The position numbers and the translations under genes are program-made. A stretch of 63,952 nt of DNA, counting the filler, from Diploschistes diacapsis (taxonomy: Eukaryota): the NCBI GenBank assembly GCA_023645945.1. It is 5 parts of 5 records of this genome, joined end to end, with 100 filler letters (N's around TTAATTAATTAA, not from the genome) between each part and the next. Parts side by side here need not be neighbours in the genome. Positions count along the whole stretch, not along the records: positions 51,289 to 63,952 come from JALAIB010000717.1; 4 more parts are not named here. One strand, written 5' to 3'. The notes under the pieces are model-generated. The model was not told where the DNA came from and made no database searches. It was given only the letters and a program-made list of their open reading frames with translations. Positions 62,112 through 63,952 of the stretch are shown here, in pieces; the stretch's first letter is position 1, and every line of letters begins with the position of its first letter.

Positions 62112-63169
62112 GCCATCGGATGAGAGAAAAACGTTCTCACCAATGTGTGCTGACTTGGAGGTATTAGAGTAAGATATTGGTACTGAATATTCTGGACCAG
62201 ATCAGCTGCAAATCAAGGAGCCAGACCCAATCAAGTCTGTACCAGAGTGTTTTATGGTGGATCTCAAATCCCAGCCATTATTTGACGCTTCCATGTTTGT
62301 CGTACAGTACGCTCCATCCACATATGAAGAAAGATAGTTGCGTTGGGGATTGGCTGGTGATATGAAAATAATTTACAGGAATTCACACAGATTCAGTAAC
62401 TTGATATTAACGGACAATTCGCCGAATGCTCGCAGGCCATGAGAAAAGAGCCAAAACCGATTTGGCACTTCGCCGACACCAAGCAGTGGCCCTGTAAGAA
62501 GGCAAAGAGGAACAAACTTTTAATGCTTGAGTAAGAACAGCACAAGTCACTAGCTTTTCCTGATGAGCAAAGGAACTTTGAAGAAGCTCAAAAAAAGGGA
62601 GGAGTCTAAGAAAACCAACGCATAATAGGCACAGTAACAAGCATATGAAAAGGTTGAAGTTGCAAAGAAAATGATAAAGAAGCCTTTCTTAGCACCGTCC
62701 CGAGTCCATACAGAGCAGCTGAACCCACATTTCTTAGAGGACTATCTATGTGAACACTCCCCTCCACCTAACCTCCCGTCCCAATGGATGAACGAGAGGT
62801 GTAAACTTTCTGAGCCATTGCAAACAAGAAAGTCCAAGAAAACCATTAGCTGCTCGGATATGATATTCATGTAGAAATAGAGACCTCCTGCCGCCCAGTT
62901 CCTGACAAGGAATGGGTAGATAATGCATCTCAAGGCCTCAGAGATGGAGGAGCAACTTAAACTTGAAGTAATCGAAATAGTGAAGATGTAAGAATATCGC
63001 CTTTATGATTTAAGTTTAAGCGAGGATCACGTGTAGAGTACTCACACGTTTTGACTAAAGCCACGTGCAAAGATCAATAGAGAGGTTTGGCACCCCTGTC
63101 GCTGCGGTTGCGTTGTGGCGCTGCGGGTTTCCCAGATAGGCTTAGGGTAGTTTTTAGTAGCTTAGTGGG

Positions 63170-63952
63170 AGCTAGTCCTAATTAGATAGGATATCAAATA
63201 CCATTATTTTTTTAATAAATTTTTTTTTTTTTTACGTAATTATTAAGGTCTGAAATACGGCTATTTTATTTTTATAAATATCTGTTTCGAGGCGCCGTAA
63301 GGCTTTCGTTATTTTTATATATTTATTATATTTATAGAATTAACGCGAGGTTCTGCGTTGTTTTTTCCGTCCTTTTCTTTTTTATTCCTTTTTTAATTTC
63401 GATTTTAATAATGAGCGTATATGGCCTACGTCTAATCTTAAGGCCTGTTTTAGGTTTATTTTTTTTCTTTTTTTTTTCTTTTAATGATTTATATGTTAAT
63501 TTATATATAGATTTATAAAAGTAAAGATTCGCCGTTTTGTTTTTTTGTTACGGGAATCTTTTTCGATTTTTTTTCGTTTTCGTTATGTCGTTTTTTTCGA
63601 GGAGAGGTTTTGTTTTTTTTATTTTCGTCTCGCCTTTCTTGCGCCTTTTTATCGTCTTTTTGCCGTGTTTGGGCGGAGTCGGACCTGACTTTTTATTATG
63701 TTTTCGGATATAATAAAGGTTTTTTACGACGTCTTCGGTCTTTTTTTGGAATGGAATCCCCGTTTTTGCACGCGAGATCGACTCGTTACGTATATAAATA
63801 ATTTAGAAAGAATTGGGAACGAAGGAAGGATCTGAGGTTAAATAGACGGGACGTTTAAATCGGTTTACCGCCCGTTATAGAATTAAAGACGTTAATATTT
63901 TAGATATAAAAAGTTTTATTATTTTAAATATTAAAGTATCGTAACGTTAAAT
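63170..63952. mobile_element. AT-rich, RIP-like degraded repeat at contig end
   Basis: Abrupt shift to TpA-rich sequence with few CpA/TpG but retained CpG; family not identifiable. Confidence 0.7.

Overview
Fungal (filamentous ascomycete, Pezizomycotina-type) genomic DNA with short GT-AG introns. The window is not one locus. It is five contigs (12760, 12730, 12705, 12693 and 12664 bp, strictly decreasing) joined by an artificial N44-TTAATTAATTAA-N44 linker, so adjacency across linkers means nothing. Contig 1: Mpp6-like zinc-knuckle gene, repeat-rich orphan ORF, PTH11-like membrane protein, a nest of small inverted-repeat elements (one enclosing a spliced DUF3716-like fragment), STE23 and the 5' end of MCM5. 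Contig 2: m-AAA protease, an AT-rich Helitron-like relic, DUF1295, TOP3 and striatin. Contig 3: Zn2Cys6 transcription factor, a decayed interval, RPC19, NDUFA6, BUD31, a small membrane protein, and a small orphan gene paired with a CorA-like gene lacking the GMN motif. Contig 4: a decayed secondary-metabolite cluster (KS-AT-DH-MT-ER0-KR-ACP-R PKS, trans-enoyl reductase, Zn2Cys6 regulator, all three disrupted) with a perfect 18-bp palindrome in the middle of the divergent promoter. Contig 5: probable RAD2 3' end, intron-containing tRNA-Val(TAC), SUR7/PalI protein, two orphan genes and a RIP-like AT-rich relic. All family assignments come from recognising motifs by eye; no searches were run.
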